From positions 1 through 64,000 of the forward strand of contig CAWAXX010000008.1 in assembly GCA_963786105.1 (NCBI GenBank): a stretch of DNA of 64,000 nt, read 5' to 3'. Of this stretch, positions 10,349 to 21,170 are shown in pieces (position 1 is the first letter of the stretch; the number at the start of each line of letters is the position of its first letter). The notes under the pieces are model-generated. The model worked only from the letters and a program-made list of their open reading frames with translations, did no database searches and was not told the origin of the DNA. This stretch comes from Vulcanimicrobiota bacterium. Its GTDB lineage: Bacteria > Vulcanimicrobiota > Vulcanimicrobiia > Vulcanimicrobiales > Vulcanimicrobiaceae. A program made the translations under genes and the position numbers.

Positions 10349-11189
10349 TTGAAAATCGCCGTCGTCGGTGCCGGCCAGATGGGTTCGGGCATCGCGCAGG
10401 TGGCGGCCGCGAGCGGCCACGCCGTTTGGTTGAACGATCGAACCCCCGAGCTCATCGCTCGCGGCGTCGCCGGCATTTCCAAAAACCTCGATCGCAGCGT
10501 CGAGAAGGGGCGCATCGACGCCGATGCGCGGACCAAGATCCTCGAGCGGATCGTCGCCGCGCCGGCGCTCGAAGGGTTCGACGTCGATCTGGCAATCGAG
10601 GCGGCGAGCGAACATCTCGAAACCAAGCTCGCGATCTTTCGCGCGCTCGACGAGCAGTGCGCGCAGCGAGCGATTCTTGCCAGCAACACCTCCTCGATCT
10701 CGATAACCGTTCTCGGTGCGGCGACGCGGCGGCCGGAGCGCGTCATCGGGATGCATTTCATGAATCCGGTGCCGGTGATGCAGCTGGTGGAGATCATCCG
10801 TGGCATCGCGACCTCGCAAGAAACCTACGAGTTTACGCGCGACCTAGCCGAGCAGATGGGAAAGACGCCGGTCGAAGTACGCGACTTTCCCGGGATTCGT
10901 GTCCAACCGCATACTGATGCCGATGATCAACGAAGCGATGTATGCGGTGTACGAAGGGGTTGCGACACCCGAGGCGATCGACACGGTCATGAAGCTCGGG
11001 ATGAACCATCCGATGGGGCCGCTGACGCTCGCCGATTTCATCGGGTTGGATACCTGTCTAGCGATCATGGACGTCCTGCATACGGGATTCGGCGACTCGA
11101 AGTACCGCCCGTGTCCACTGCTGCGTCAATACGTCGCCGCCGGATGGCTCGGGAAGAAGAGCGGCCGGGGTTTCTATAGCTACCGATGA
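10349..11189 (+). CDS. 3-hydroxybutyryl-CoA dehydrogenase (one +1 frameshift near 10893)
   Basis: [21 protein letters not shown]; removing one G restores DFPGFVSNR and joins the [13 protein letters not shown] half. Confidence 0.88.
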
Positions 11190-11202
11190 TGGTCACGAAC
11201 CG

Positions 11203-12363
11203 ATGATCGTTCCGACGAGCGCGCAGTTCGAGTTGACGGACGAGCAACGCGACATCGCGGCGCTGGCTGCCGATATCGCGCAGCGCGAAATTGCGCCGCA
11301 CATCACCCGGTGGGATAGCGACCACACGTTCCCGCGCGAGTTGTACGGAAAGCTGACCGGCGCGGGCATCATGGGCATCATCGTCCCGGAAGCGCTGGGC
11401 GGAGCGGCGGCCGATTACGTGTCGTATGCGCTGGCCGTCGAGGAGCTGGCGCGGGTGGATGCCGGGACGGCGGTGACGGTTTCGGTTCACTCCATGATCT
11501 GCTCGGTAATTCTGAAGTTGGGCAGCGATGAACAGAAGCGGCATTGGCTTCCAAAACTTGCCGGCGGCGACGTGCTCGCAGGCTTCGCGCTGACGGAGCC
11601 CGACGCCGGATCCGACGCCGCGGGCATCCGCGCGACCGCGAAGCGCACCGCCGAGGGCTATCGGCTCAACGGGCGCAAGCAGTGGTGCACGAACGGAAGT
11701 TACGCGGGCGTCGTCATGGGGATGTTTCGAACCGGCGGTTCGGGCGCCAAAGGCGTGAGTGCGTTTCTCATCGATGGCGCCGCCGGCGGAATGACGGTCG
11801 AGAAAGTTACCGACAAGCTGGGCATTCACACCAGCAACACCTGCGACATGGTCTTCGACGACGTCTTGGTTACGCACGAGTCGTTGCTTGGCGCCGAGGG
11901 CGACGGATTCGGTAACGCGATGACGGCGCTGACGTCCGGCAGGATCGGCATCGCTGCGCAAGCGACCGGCATTCTGGCCGCCTGTCTCGACGAATCGGTG
12001 GCGTTCGCCAAAGAGCGCGTCGCGTTCGGCCGCGCAATCGGCGCGTTTGAAGGCATTTCGTTCAAAGTCGCGCAGATGGCGATGGATCTCGACGCTGCCA
12101 GGCTGCTCGTTTATCGCGCGGCGGCGTTGGCCGACGCGGGCAAACCGTTCACGATCGAGGCCAGCAAAGCTAAGCTGTTCGCCTCGACGGCTGCGCGCAA
12201 ACATGCGGCCGAAGCCTTGCAGATTCACGGCGGGTACGGGTACACCACCGAGTTTCCGGTCGAGCGTCACTATCGCGACGCAAAAATCACCGAGATCTAC
12301 GAGGGAACCTCCGAGATCCAGCAACTGATCATCTCCCGTTCCCTTTTAGGAAAGCTCGACTAG
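11203..12363 (+). CDS. Acyl-CoA dehydrogenase (butyryl-CoA/short-chain type)
   Basis: FALTEPDAGSD, LNG.K.W.TNG, GRIGIAAQ, QIHGGYGY, IYEGTSEIQ. Confidence 0.93.
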   Translation: MIVPTSAQFELTDEQRDIAALAADIAQREIAPHITRWDSDHTFPRELYGKLTGAGIMGIIVPEALGGAAADYVSYALAVEELARVDAGTAVTVSVHSMICSVILKLGSDEQKRHWLPKLAGGDVLAGFALTEPDAGSDAAGIRATAKRTAEGYRLNGRKQWCTNGSYAGVVMGMFRTGGSGAKGVSAFLIDGAAGGMTVEKVTDKLGIHTSNTCDMVFDDVLVTHESLLGAEGDGFGNAMTALTSGRIGIAAQATGILAACLDESVAFAKERVAFGRAIGAFEGISFKVAQMAMDLDAARLLVYRAAALADAGKPFTIEASKAKLFASTAARKHAAEALQIHGGYGYTTEFPVERHYRDAKITEIYEGTSEIQQLIISRSLLGKLD

Positions 12364-12401
12364 CCACATCTCAAGCACAAGCCAAGGAGTCACCAACCGT
12401 C

Positions 12402-13589
12402 GTGAATCTCATGGAGTACCAGGGGAAAGAACTGTTTCGCCGTGCCGGCATTCCGGTGCCGCAGAGCCGGCATGCGCTCGCGCCGCACGACGTTGCGGCG
12501 TTTCTCCAGACCGTCGCCGGCGAATGGGTCGTCAAGGCGCAAGTCTTGATGGGCGGCCGCGGCAAAGCCGGCAAGATCAAGTTCGCGACCAACGCCGATG
12601 AAGGGCGCAGCGTCTCCGAAGAGATTCTTGCGACGCCGATGCCGCCGAACCGTCAGAATCCCGCAGGCGAGCCGATCAAATCGCTGCTGGTCGAAGAGAA
12701 GCTCTCGATTGCGAAAGAAGCCTACTGCGCCATCACGATCGACCGGAGCACGAAGAAGCCGGCGATCATCGTCAGCCGTTTCGGCGGCATGGATATTGAA
12801 GAGGTCTCCGAGAACCATCCGGAGTCGATCGCAAAGTTTTTCGTCGACACGGCGATCGGATACTCGCCCTTCATCGGCCGCGAGCTGGCGTTCGAGGCGG
12901 AGCTCGATCCGGGATTTCGCAAGCAATTCCCCGCTATTTTGGGCGCCCTGTACGACGTGTTTTTTCGATACGGCGCAAAGCTGGTGGAAATCAATCCGTT
13001 GGCGCTCACCACCGACGGACGCGTGTACGCTTCCGATGCGAAGGTCGAGCTCGACGACGACGCGCTGTTTCGAAATCCGGAGTTCGCGCAGTGGCAACAG
13101 GCTTTGCCGCTGGACGAAGACGAGCGCCTGGCGGCGGAGTCGGGACTCGGCATTCGTAATTTTCGGCGTTTTGACGGGACCGTCGGAACGATGGCCAACG
13201 GTGCGGGTTTAGCGATGGCAACCATGGATGCCGTGAGCTTCGCAGGCGGCAAGGTCGCGAATTTCCTCGACGTCGGCGGCGGCGCCAACGCCGAACGCGT
13301 TCGCCAGTGCTACGAGCTCGTGGTCAATCACACGGCCGCCAAAGCATTCTTCATCAATATCTTCGGCGGCATCACGCGCGGCGACGAGGTCGCGCGCGGC
13401 ATCGTCGAAGCCCTGCGCACGACCACGTCGCGGAAGATTCCGCTGGTGATCCGGCTGACGGGTACCAACGAAGCCGAGGGCAGGCGCATTCTCGCCGAGG
13501 CCGGGATGACCCCGGTCGAAACGATGGACGAGGGCGCGAAGCTCGCCGTCGAGATTGCCAATCGCATGACGGAGCCGGCAACCACGTGA
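12402..13589 (+). CDS. sucC: Succinate--CoA ligase beta subunit
   Basis: MNL.EYQGK, VVKAQV..GGRGKAG, EINPL, NGAGLAMATMD, NFLDVGGGA, NIFGGI. Confidence 0.95.
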   Translation: MNLMEYQGKELFRRAGIPVPQSRHALAPHDVAAFLQTVAGEWVVKAQVLMGGRGKAGKIKFATNADEGRSVSEEILATPMPPNRQNPAGEPIKSLLVEEKLSIAKEAYCAITIDRSTKKPAIIVSRFGGMDIEEVSENHPESIAKFFVDTAIGYSPFIGRELAFEAELDPGFRKQFPAILGALYDVFFRYGAKLVEINPLALTTDGRVYASDAKVELDDDALFRNPEFAQWQQALPLDEDERLAAESGLGIRNFRRFDGTVGTMANGAGLAMATMDAVSFAGGKVANFLDVGGGANAERVRQCYELVVNHTAAKAFFINIFGGITRGDEVARGIVEALRTTTSRKIPLVIRLTGTNEAEGRRILAEAGMTPVETMDEGAKLAVEIANRMTEPATT

Positions 13590-14461
13590 GCATTTTCTTA
13601 GACAAGAACAGCAAGATCATCGTTCAGGGCATTACCGGTGCCGAGGGCTCGTATCACACCGAGCGCATGGTGAAGTACGGTACGAACGTCGTGGGCGGCG
13701 TCACTCCCGGCAAGGGCGGCCAAAAGACGCCGCAGGGGTTGCCGGTCTTCAACACCGTCAAGGCCGCCGTCGACGCAACCGGTGCGACGCACACCTGCAT
13801 CTTCGTTCCGCCGCCGTTCGTCGCCGACGCCTTATACGAGGCCCACGAAGCCGGTATTTCGTGCGCGGTCTGCATCACCGAGGGCGTCCCGGTGCACGAC
13901 ATGTTGAAGGTCGTCGGCACGACGGCCGGCATGCGAATCATCGGTCCGAACTGTCCCGGTTTGATCTCGCCGGGGAAAGCGCTCGTCGGCATCATGCCGG
14001 GCCACGTCTTCAAAGAGGGCGGCGTGGGACTGATTTCTCGCTCGGGAACGCTGACGTACGAGGTGGTGGACGGGCTCACCCGTGCGGGCCTAGGGCAGTC
14101 GACCTGCATCGGCATCGGCGGCGACCCGATCATCGGAACCACCTTCGTCGACTGCTTGCGCGAGTTTCAGAACGACCCGCAGACCGAAGCGATCGTGATT
14201 TGCGGCGAGATCGGCGGGACTGACGAAGAGGACGCGGCGGCGTACGTTCGCGACCATTTGCCGGGAACGCCGGTCGTGGCGTTCGTCGGCGGCCGCAACG
14301 CCCCGCCCGGTAAGTCGCTGGGTCATGCCGGGGCGATCATCTCCGGAAAGTTCGGCACCGCCCAGAGCAAGATCGCGGCGTTCCGGGAGGCGGGGGTGCC
14401 GGTAGCCGACCGTCCGTCGGAGATACCGGCCATGCTCGCCCGGCGGCTGGCCTCGGTCTAA
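13586..14461 (+). CDS. sucD: Succinate--CoA ligase alpha subunit
   Basis: VQGITG, GGVTPGKGG, IGPNCPG, SRSGTLTYE, GHAGA phospho-His motif; GTGA overlap with sucC. Confidence 0.95.
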   Translation: MSIFLDKNSKIIVQGITGAEGSYHTERMVKYGTNVVGGVTPGKGGQKTPQGLPVFNTVKAAVDATGATHTCIFVPPPFVADALYEAHEAGISCAVCITEGVPVHDMLKVVGTTAGMRIIGPNCPGLISPGKALVGIMPGHVFKEGGVGLISRSGTLTYEVVDGLTRAGLGQSTCIGIGGDPIIGTTFVDCLREFQNDPQTEAIVICGEIGGTDEEDAAAYVRDHLPGTPVVAFVGGRNAPPGKSLGHAGAIISGKFGTAQSKIAAFREAGVPVADRPSEIPAMLARRLASV

Positions 14462-14632
14462 GCGACGCGCTTGTTAAAAGTAGTTAAAACCCGTGCTTGT
14501 TAAAGGTTAAAGGAACGAGCCCTCGGCGTAGAAAAGTGCCTCGATTGCGTCACCTGGGATTTTGCTGAGGTCGGAAGACCGCAGCCCGCCCTCGCGTGGC
14601 GCCAACTACCCACTATAGATCGAGGGCACAGA

Positions 14633-17600
14633 ATGAACAGATTTCGAACCCTCCGCCACGCGGTTACCGCCGCGTTGCTACTCGTGGCTTTCCTGGTCCA
14701 GGGAACATGGGCACTGGCCGGCGTCTCGGGTAACATCGCAGGTACGGTCAAAGACTCCAACGGTGCACCAGTTGCCGGCGCGCGAGTGCAGGCTGTGTCA
14801 CCGTCTCAAACCGCAGCCGCTACGACGGACGCGGGAGGACGCTTTATCATCCTCTCGCTCGCACCCGACACCTATACGCTCAACGTTAGCAAACAGGGAT
14901 ATCAAGAGACCGCCCTTCCGGGCGAGGTCGTCTTTGCTGACCAGACTCAGCAAGTCGTCATCACCATATCAAAGGCACTTCAAACGATCGCTCACGTGAC
15001 GGCGCAAGGCGCCGGCACGTTGGTGAAATCGGGTGTCGGCGGTGACCTCTACAGCGTCAACGCCGCGCAGGCGGCAGCGGCCGCCCCACTGGGAGGCGGA
15101 GGTAACCTCAACAGCGCCTACTCGGCAATGTCGTCAGTGCCGGGCATCCAGGTCAACGTCGGCGGTCAGGGCTGGACGTTCAACGCCGCCTACGTCCGAG
15201 GCCAGGATTACTACTATACCGGTTTCGAGTACGACGGCATTCCGATTAACCGCGCGTTCGACAACTACAACGCGTCGACGGAATCGAGCCTCGGCCTGCA
15301 AGAGTTGCAGGTCTATACGGGCGGTGGCCCGGCTTCCGTCACGACGGCCGGCACGGCCGGTTTCATCAACCAGGTCATCAAGACCGGAACCTTCCCGGGC
15401 TTCGCGGAGGCCAAGCTTGGCGTCGGAACCCCGGTCTTCTATCACTACGCGCAAGTCGAGGCGGGCGGGGCCACCCCCGACCGCAACTTCAGCTACTACG
15501 TAGCACTCAACGGAACGAACCAGGCGTTTCGCATCCTCGACTCCGATAACGGCGCCGGCTTCATGACGCCCGGTGGCGACTTTTCGGGTCCGACCATTGG
15601 GTTGTCCCCCGGCTATTTCGAATGCACCACCGTGACGTGCCAGGGCGTAAAGCCCAGCTGTCCGGTCGGCGTTTCCGCAGTTACCGGTTTGCAGCCGCAG
15701 GGCTGCTGGGGCTACTATAGCGGTCTTTCCGGAACGTCGAACTTCGTCACCGATCGCGAGAACGTCGTCAACTTCCACCTCGGCATCCCGTGGAAGAACG
15801 GCTTGCGCGACGACGTGCAAATGCTCTGGAGCGGGTCGCATCTCAATAATGGAAGTTACGGCTCGATCAACGACATGGGGCCGGGGTATAAACAATTCTT
15901 CAATAACTACCCTCTCAGCAACAATGCGTTCGGACCGTACGCTGCGCCGACGTGTAATACGAACTTCAATGTCGGCGTGCTTCCGATTCACGGCTGCAAC
16001 CCGGGTACCGGAAACTACGTACCGTACGCCGATCAGATCGCGTACAACGTACCGTTCGGAACGACGATTGCAACTCCCGGACACCTTACGCTGCCGTCGA
16101 TCTATTACGCTCCGGGGACGCCACAGCATCAGTACGCTGCGCCGATCCCGCTCTTCGACGAGGGACTCAACTCGTACCAAAACGACATCGGCATCGTGAA
16201 GCTGCAGTACACACACGCTTTGAGCCAATCGGCGTTCATTCGCGGATACGCGTACACGTTCTACTCCGACTGGCTCCAGACGGGGCCGCTGTTCGGCGGA
16301 ACGGGACAGAACGTTCCGTCGCTGCCGGCAGCGGAGTACGAGCTGATCACGCACACGATCGGTGGAGCGCTCGAGTTCAACGATCAGATCAACGACCAGA
16401 ATCTGATCGGCGCCAACTTGAACTACACGAGCGCGAACGTCACGCGGTTCAACAACTCATCGGCCATCGCGGGTGCCGGTACGTCGCCGATCGGCTACGT
16501 TTCGGGCGGTGCCTCGAACCTCGCATGCCACGACGCGCACAACGGTCAAACGGTGCCATGCGTCTCGAGCACCTACTACGATGTCGCGCTTGGGCACAGC
16601 GTCAGCCCAAACTCTGTCTACACGGGTGCGCCCGGGACGTGTGATACACCGAGCTCGAGCAATCCCAACCCCGGTCCGTGCGGCTGGCGCAGTAGTGCGA
16701 TTGGCGGACCGACGGGTTTCGGTGGTGGCGGGGCGTCGTGGGCGTCGCTCTGGAACGGCAACGCGGCCGGTTCCTTCAACACCGTACAGCCGCGCTTTAC
16801 CAATGCGTCGCTGAGCGATCAGTGGCGGCCGAACGACAGGTTCCTCTTGAACGCATCGGTTCGCTACGACAACTTCACCTACGGGTTGCCCGATTCGACC
16901 TCGGCGGCGACGCAGTTCTATGCGAATCAAAGCGCGAACTTCGTCTGTGTCAAGGCTTCGACCAATCAGGTCTTCACCGCACCGCTGCCGCCCGGCGTTC
17001 CGCCGCCGGCACCGGCGACCTACATCGACGGTGATTGTAACCAGGGCGTGACCACCCTCACCCATACGACCCAGACCGGCTGGGTACATCCGAACGGCAA
17101 GTCGCAGGACGGCGTTGCCGCGCCGAACTTCACGGCGGCTTCGCCCGGTTCGTATAGTCTGGACTACTGGCAGCCGCGCTTCTCGGCGACCTACACCCTC
17201 AATCCCGACACCGTCATCCGCGCATCGGCCGGCCGTTTCGCGGCGCCGCCGATCTCGGCTTCGGTGCAATACCTTGCGCGGACCGGCGATAACCGCTCGG
17301 TGTGGAACAACACGATGAACCTCGGGTTCTACTCGCCGTTCCACCCGATTCCGGGAATCACGTCGGCGCAGTACGACCTCTCGCTTGAGAAGCATCTGCA
17401 CGGGACGGACATGAGCTTCAAGCTCACGCCGTTCTTCACGTGGGTCAACAACTGGCAACAGCAGACCTTCATCGGCGCGGGCTTCGTGACCCAAGTGCCG
17501 GTCGGCGTGAACCGCGACTACGGCGTGGAGTTCCAGTTCAGCAAGGGAGACTTCGCGCGGGACGGTTTCTCCGGGCAAGTTTCGTTCACATACACCAACT

Positions 17601-18587
17601 CGAAGATTCAGTTCCAAAATGTCGGTCTCAGCACGGGCGGCATCATTCCGAACCAAACGATCGCGCTGAACACCGCGATCGCGCAGTACAACGCCCTGAC
17701 CAAGGGCGGTGGCGGTTCGCCGTGTTACCTGGGCGGCGTCGGGGTGTCGTGTTCGTATAAGGGCAAACCTCCCGCCGGCTTAGTGCTGAACCCGTACTAC
17801 AACCAGCCGGCGCAAGGTCAACTCGATCCCAACGGTTGGTACAATCCGTACGTTACGGCGATCGCCCCGAACCTCAACGGTGCGGTAACCTCGTACATTG
17901 CGCCGTTCACGACGTCGCTGCTCCTGAACTACCGTCACCACAAGCTGGCCGTCACGCCAACCTTTCAGTTCCAGTCCGGCGGTTACTACGGGAGTCCGCT
18001 CGACGTGAACGGTCTCGATCCGCGTGCGTGCAGCCTTAACTCCGCGAACAGCGGTGTTAATGGCGGCCCCAGCGGAGCGACAAATCCGCCAATCACCGCG
18101 GTATCACCGAAGACCAATCCGCTGCAATGCAACTATCTCTGCCTGCAAGCGGCCGGTTTCGGTCCGTTGGGATACTTTTACACTCCCAATCCGCAGACGG
18201 GGCACTTCTCGGCGAATCGGGTCGTACGAGAACCCGTCCTTGCTCACCGGGAACATCGCAGTCACCTACGACGTTTCGCCAAAGCTCACGGTGGCGATGA
18301 CGGCAACGAACCTCTTCCACACCTGCTTCGGCGGAACGTCGGAGCCGTGGACGTCGGCATTCCCGCCGGGACCCAACTCGTGCGGCTATCTCGCGGCGGG
18401 CGGCGTACTCAATAGTACCCTCTACCCGTCGAACTTCTACAACGGCACCAGCTTCAACGACAGAGCTGCTAACGGTGCCAGAACACCGTTCCAGCAGAGC
18501 TACTTCCCGTCGACCGGAAACCTCGGCGCGATTGGATCGGCCCTGCCGCCGTTTAACGTCTACTTCAACGCACAGGTCAAGATCTAA
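14633..18587 (+). CDS. Large TonB-dependent receptor-like outer-membrane protein with N-terminal carboxypeptidase-regulatory-like domain (+1 frameshift near 18215)
   Basis: Signal peptide, G.V.D..GAPV.GA.V domain, plug motifs (VPGI, YVRG, DGIPIN, GFINQVIKTG), barrel motifs (RYD, QPRFSATY); removing one A joins the C-terminal frame ending FNAQVKI. Confidence 0.82.
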
Positions 18588-18621
18588 GTAAACCCCGGCT
18601 CTACCGGAGCTCAGAGCAAGC

Positions 18622-18656
18622 ATGCGGGGCCCTAAGGGGCCCCGCATCGTGTTTTT
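18622..18656 (+). terminator. Intrinsic terminator after the TonB-dependent receptor
   Basis: Perfect 11-bp stem ATGCGGGGCCC/GGGCCCCGCAT, 4-nt loop, followed by CGTGTTTTT. Confidence 0.85.
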
Positions 18657-18696
18657 CGAGAAGGGTTCGCTGCCGCGCGCGCGAGAACGAAACGCC

Positions 18697-19564
18697 GTGC
18701 GAGCGACGTTAGCGCTGCTGGCGAGTGCCTTGGTATCGACCATCGTTTTGCCGGTTTGCGCGTTCGCAAGCGGTAGTCCGGCGGCTAAACCGACGGCGAG
18801 CCCGCCCCCGGAGATCATTCACTTGATCACGACGCCGCTCTGCCATCGACTGCACGACAAGGTTCGCCCGGCGGTCGCGATGATTCTGGAGAACGACGCG
18901 AACATCGCCAAAAGCCTGCCACAGTTCAAGAACTATGGAATCGGCGCATTTGGATCGTACGAGCGGGCTTTTGGCGACTATGGACCACCATCGTACGATT
19001 CGATCAACGTCAACTCTCCTGCGTCCCGAATGGCGCTTCAACGCATGTCGTATCTCGTGAGTCCGATCGCGCAGAATCTGATCGCGGCGCAGAAGCTGCT
19101 CGACGATGCATCGCTGCTCGTTCCGACTGGAAATGCGAGCGACGACCGGCAACTGGCCACGATTAAGCGGCAACTTCTCGAAACGGTGGCCGACCAGAGC
19201 GCTGCCCTCGACCTCATCAACGGCTTCGTGGCTACGCAGCAGATGGGCGATTTGCAGCACGCGGGGCAGACGTATCTCAGCGCCATTACCGGTACGGGTT
19301 TGTCGACGCCGATTCGGACGCCATCCACGCCGTTTCCCGGAATGGTGGATCCAAGCGATCCCGGCATTCCGCAGAACCCCTACGCGATCGATCCCACGGC
19401 GGTGCCCGGCCTCAGCGTCGGCTACAATCCGCTCAATCGCCTGGTGGACGGATTGAAGTGGGTACAAGATCAGACCCAGGAGAAAGAAAACGCCGCCGCC
19501 GCCACGGTGATGTCGGCGCTCACCAGTTGCAGCCGGTCGCCCGTCTCCGCGACCTTCGCCGTGA
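18697..19564 (+). CDS. Secreted hypothetical protein
   Basis: Signal peptide and Pro-rich linker. Removing one C near 19541 gives the C-terminus SPSPRPSP* at 19564 and removes the overlap with the convergent gene. Confidence 0.65.
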
Positions 19565-19570
19565 GTGTTC

Positions 19571-20339
19571 CTAGGGCCCGGACGGTGCGGCGGAATCGGA
19601 AATCGAGCTTCAGCGTCGTCTGGTAGATCGTTCTCGTCGTCCCGCTGACGCCGTTATCCTGGTGTTCGGTAACGTACTCGTCGATCGATACCGGGCGAAA
19701 ATGCGCGACGTCGTAGCCAATCTTCGTCTGTACGTCGGTGGTCGTGCTCTTCGAACTCGCTTGTTTAATCGTGCGCGTTTCGCCGATCGTCATTAGGCCG
19801 TTCGTGTTGCTTTCAATGACGTAGTCGGCTTTTACGTCGATGCCGCCGCTGTTCTGATCGATCGCCCAATGCCGTTTGGCATCGAGCAGACTTGGGTCGA
19901 CAAAGTTTGATGCGAGAAAGCGTAGCAGCGCATATTCTTCGGAGTTGACGACCTTGTTCGGGTCGCAAATCACCGAAGTGTTGCCATAGACGACGCAGGT
20001 GGCCGGTAGCGCGCTGCGCGATCCGCGACCCTGTTCGCTAATGCTGACGATCAGGCCCTTGTCGGCCTGTTCGCGAACGACGTCGACCGTCATGGTTCCC
20101 AGTTTCGCCGAGCGTGTCCTCCGTAATGGTCGTTCCCCGAGGTAATGTACGCGCCCACGGGAGAGTCTTGCGCGCCTACGTCGACGTTGGTCGACCCGCG
20201 CTGCACGACCGATTGTTGCGAGCCGTAACTGAATGAATACACGAGCTGCCGTGGCGGCGTGTCCGCACGGGCGCCGGGCGACTGGCGTCAGCGCCACTGT
20301 GGCCGTTATCGCTGATGCGAGAAATAAACGCCAGATCAT
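19571..20339 (-). CDS. Secreted hypothetical protein (several apparent +1 frameshifts)
   Basis: AGGAG SD and signal peptide; an alternative frame gives protein-like ADTPPRQLVYSFSYG; corrected C-terminus ..DSAAPSGP* at 19571. Confidence 0.6.
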
Positions 20340-20425
20340 CGCCTGAAACTCCTGGACTTCGGGTCGCTCGTGAACTTCGGCGGCGGGACGGGTAGCTCTT
20401 TTCGGCGACGCGAAGCGGTGCGGCG

Positions 20426-20635
20426 ATGCAATACGGCTACCGATGCGAGGATTGCGAGGTCGCGGTCTTTCCGGTCACGACGCGCGGCGAGCTGCAATGG
20501 CTTCGGGACCGGATTCACGTGGTGCGGGAGGTCGCGAAGCATTCGGCCGGCGGTCTCGACTCGTGGATGATGGAAGGTTTCGCGTTCCTCGACGATCATC
20601 ACGGTCATAGCATCGCGATCGTCTCGCGCCGCTAA
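20426..20635 (+). CDS. Small putative zinc-binding protein (CxxC ... HxxH)
   Basis: 69 aa with YRCEDC and HHGH; occupies its own intergenic slot and is followed by a terminator. Confidence 0.65.
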   Translation: MQYGYRCEDCEVAVFPVTTRGELQWLRDRIHVVREVAKHSAGGLDSWMMEGFAFLDDHHGHSIAIVSRR

Positions 20636-20670
20636 AACCAAAAAGCGCCTGGCGAGGCGCCTTTTTCGGT
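20636..20670. terminator. Bidirectional intrinsic terminator
   Basis: AAAAAGCGCCT-GGCG-AGGCGCCTTTTT between convergent genes. Confidence 0.8.
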
Positions 20671-20686
20671 TGTGCGATGACCGCCC

Positions 20687-20965
20687 TCAGTCCGGTATTC
20701 GAAGATGCTCACCGGGTTGAAGGGCCGCGTCGCGAAGGTGGTTCGCGGCGGTGATCCGATCGATCGTCTCTTGAACGTCGCCGCTGCCCGAGTGCGCGGC
20801 AGCGATCGACCATAGCGTGTCTCCGGGGCTTACCGTGACGGTCGTGTAGCGCTGCGCGCCGGCCGCGTAAAGGCGCATGCTGGACAGGGTCGGCAACGCG
20901 ACCATTAAGCTCAAGGCCGCCAGCGCGATGGCCGGCATGAGGGTCAACCGTTTCCGCCTCGTCAC
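20687..20965 (-). CDS. LysM-domain membrane protein, YneA/ChiZ-like SOS division inhibitor candidate
   Basis: GGAGGA SD, GTG start, one TM helix, LysM motif V.PGDTLWSIA...LQPG..L.IP; divergent from lexA. Confidence 0.82.
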   Translation of the reverse strand: MTRRKRLTLMPAIALAALSLMVALPTLSSMRLYAAGAQRYTTVTVSPGDTLWSIAAAHSGSGDVQETIDRITAANHLRDAALQPGEHLRIPD

Positions 20966-20999
20966 CGTCGTATTTCCTCCGATTCCCCATATTTTGTGG

Positions 21000-21013
21000 C
21001 AAACGTCTGTTCG
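21000..21013. promoter_or_regulatory. LexA (SOS) box
   Basis: Minus strand reads CGAACAGACGTTTG, matching the Gram-positive CGAAC-N4-GTTYG consensus. Confidence 0.85.
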
Positions 21014-21021
21014 TCCACTAG

Positions 21022-21052
21022 ATTTTACCATAGGGCCGCCAAGCGTTGTCAA
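21022..21052 (-). promoter_or_regulatory. Sigma70-type promoter for the LysM gene
   Basis: TTGACA and extended -10 TGGTAAAAT; the 19-nt spacer is longer than usual. Confidence 0.6.
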
Positions 21053-21061
21053 GGGATTTCT

Positions 21062-21075
21062 CGAACGTATGTTTG
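21062..21075. promoter_or_regulatory. LexA (SOS) box overlapping the putative lexA -35
   Basis: CGAACGTATGTTTG; TTGCCC-18-TAAAGT (TG-extended) promoter at 21073-21102. Confidence 0.85.
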
Positions 21076-21170
21076 CCCAGTGCGGCACTTTTATGGTAAA
21101 GTGATACCCGGCCATCGTGCCATACGGTAGGCATTCTCATTCGAGGGTCTGGATTTTTTTAGGGGGAGCC

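Noticed and set aside
10885..10900. Programmed ribosomal frameshift in hbd and other split genes
   Set aside because: No shared slippery motif or stimulatory structure; a uniform +1 pattern across unrelated genes fits sequencing error better.
14462..14632. Cobalamin or TPP riboswitch before the TonB receptor
   Set aside because: No recognisable B12-box or TPP core, and the region is short for a cobalamin riboswitch.
19470..19626. 157-bp overlap between convergent genes
   Set aside because: Disappears when one extra base is removed from each gene (stops at 19564 and 19571).
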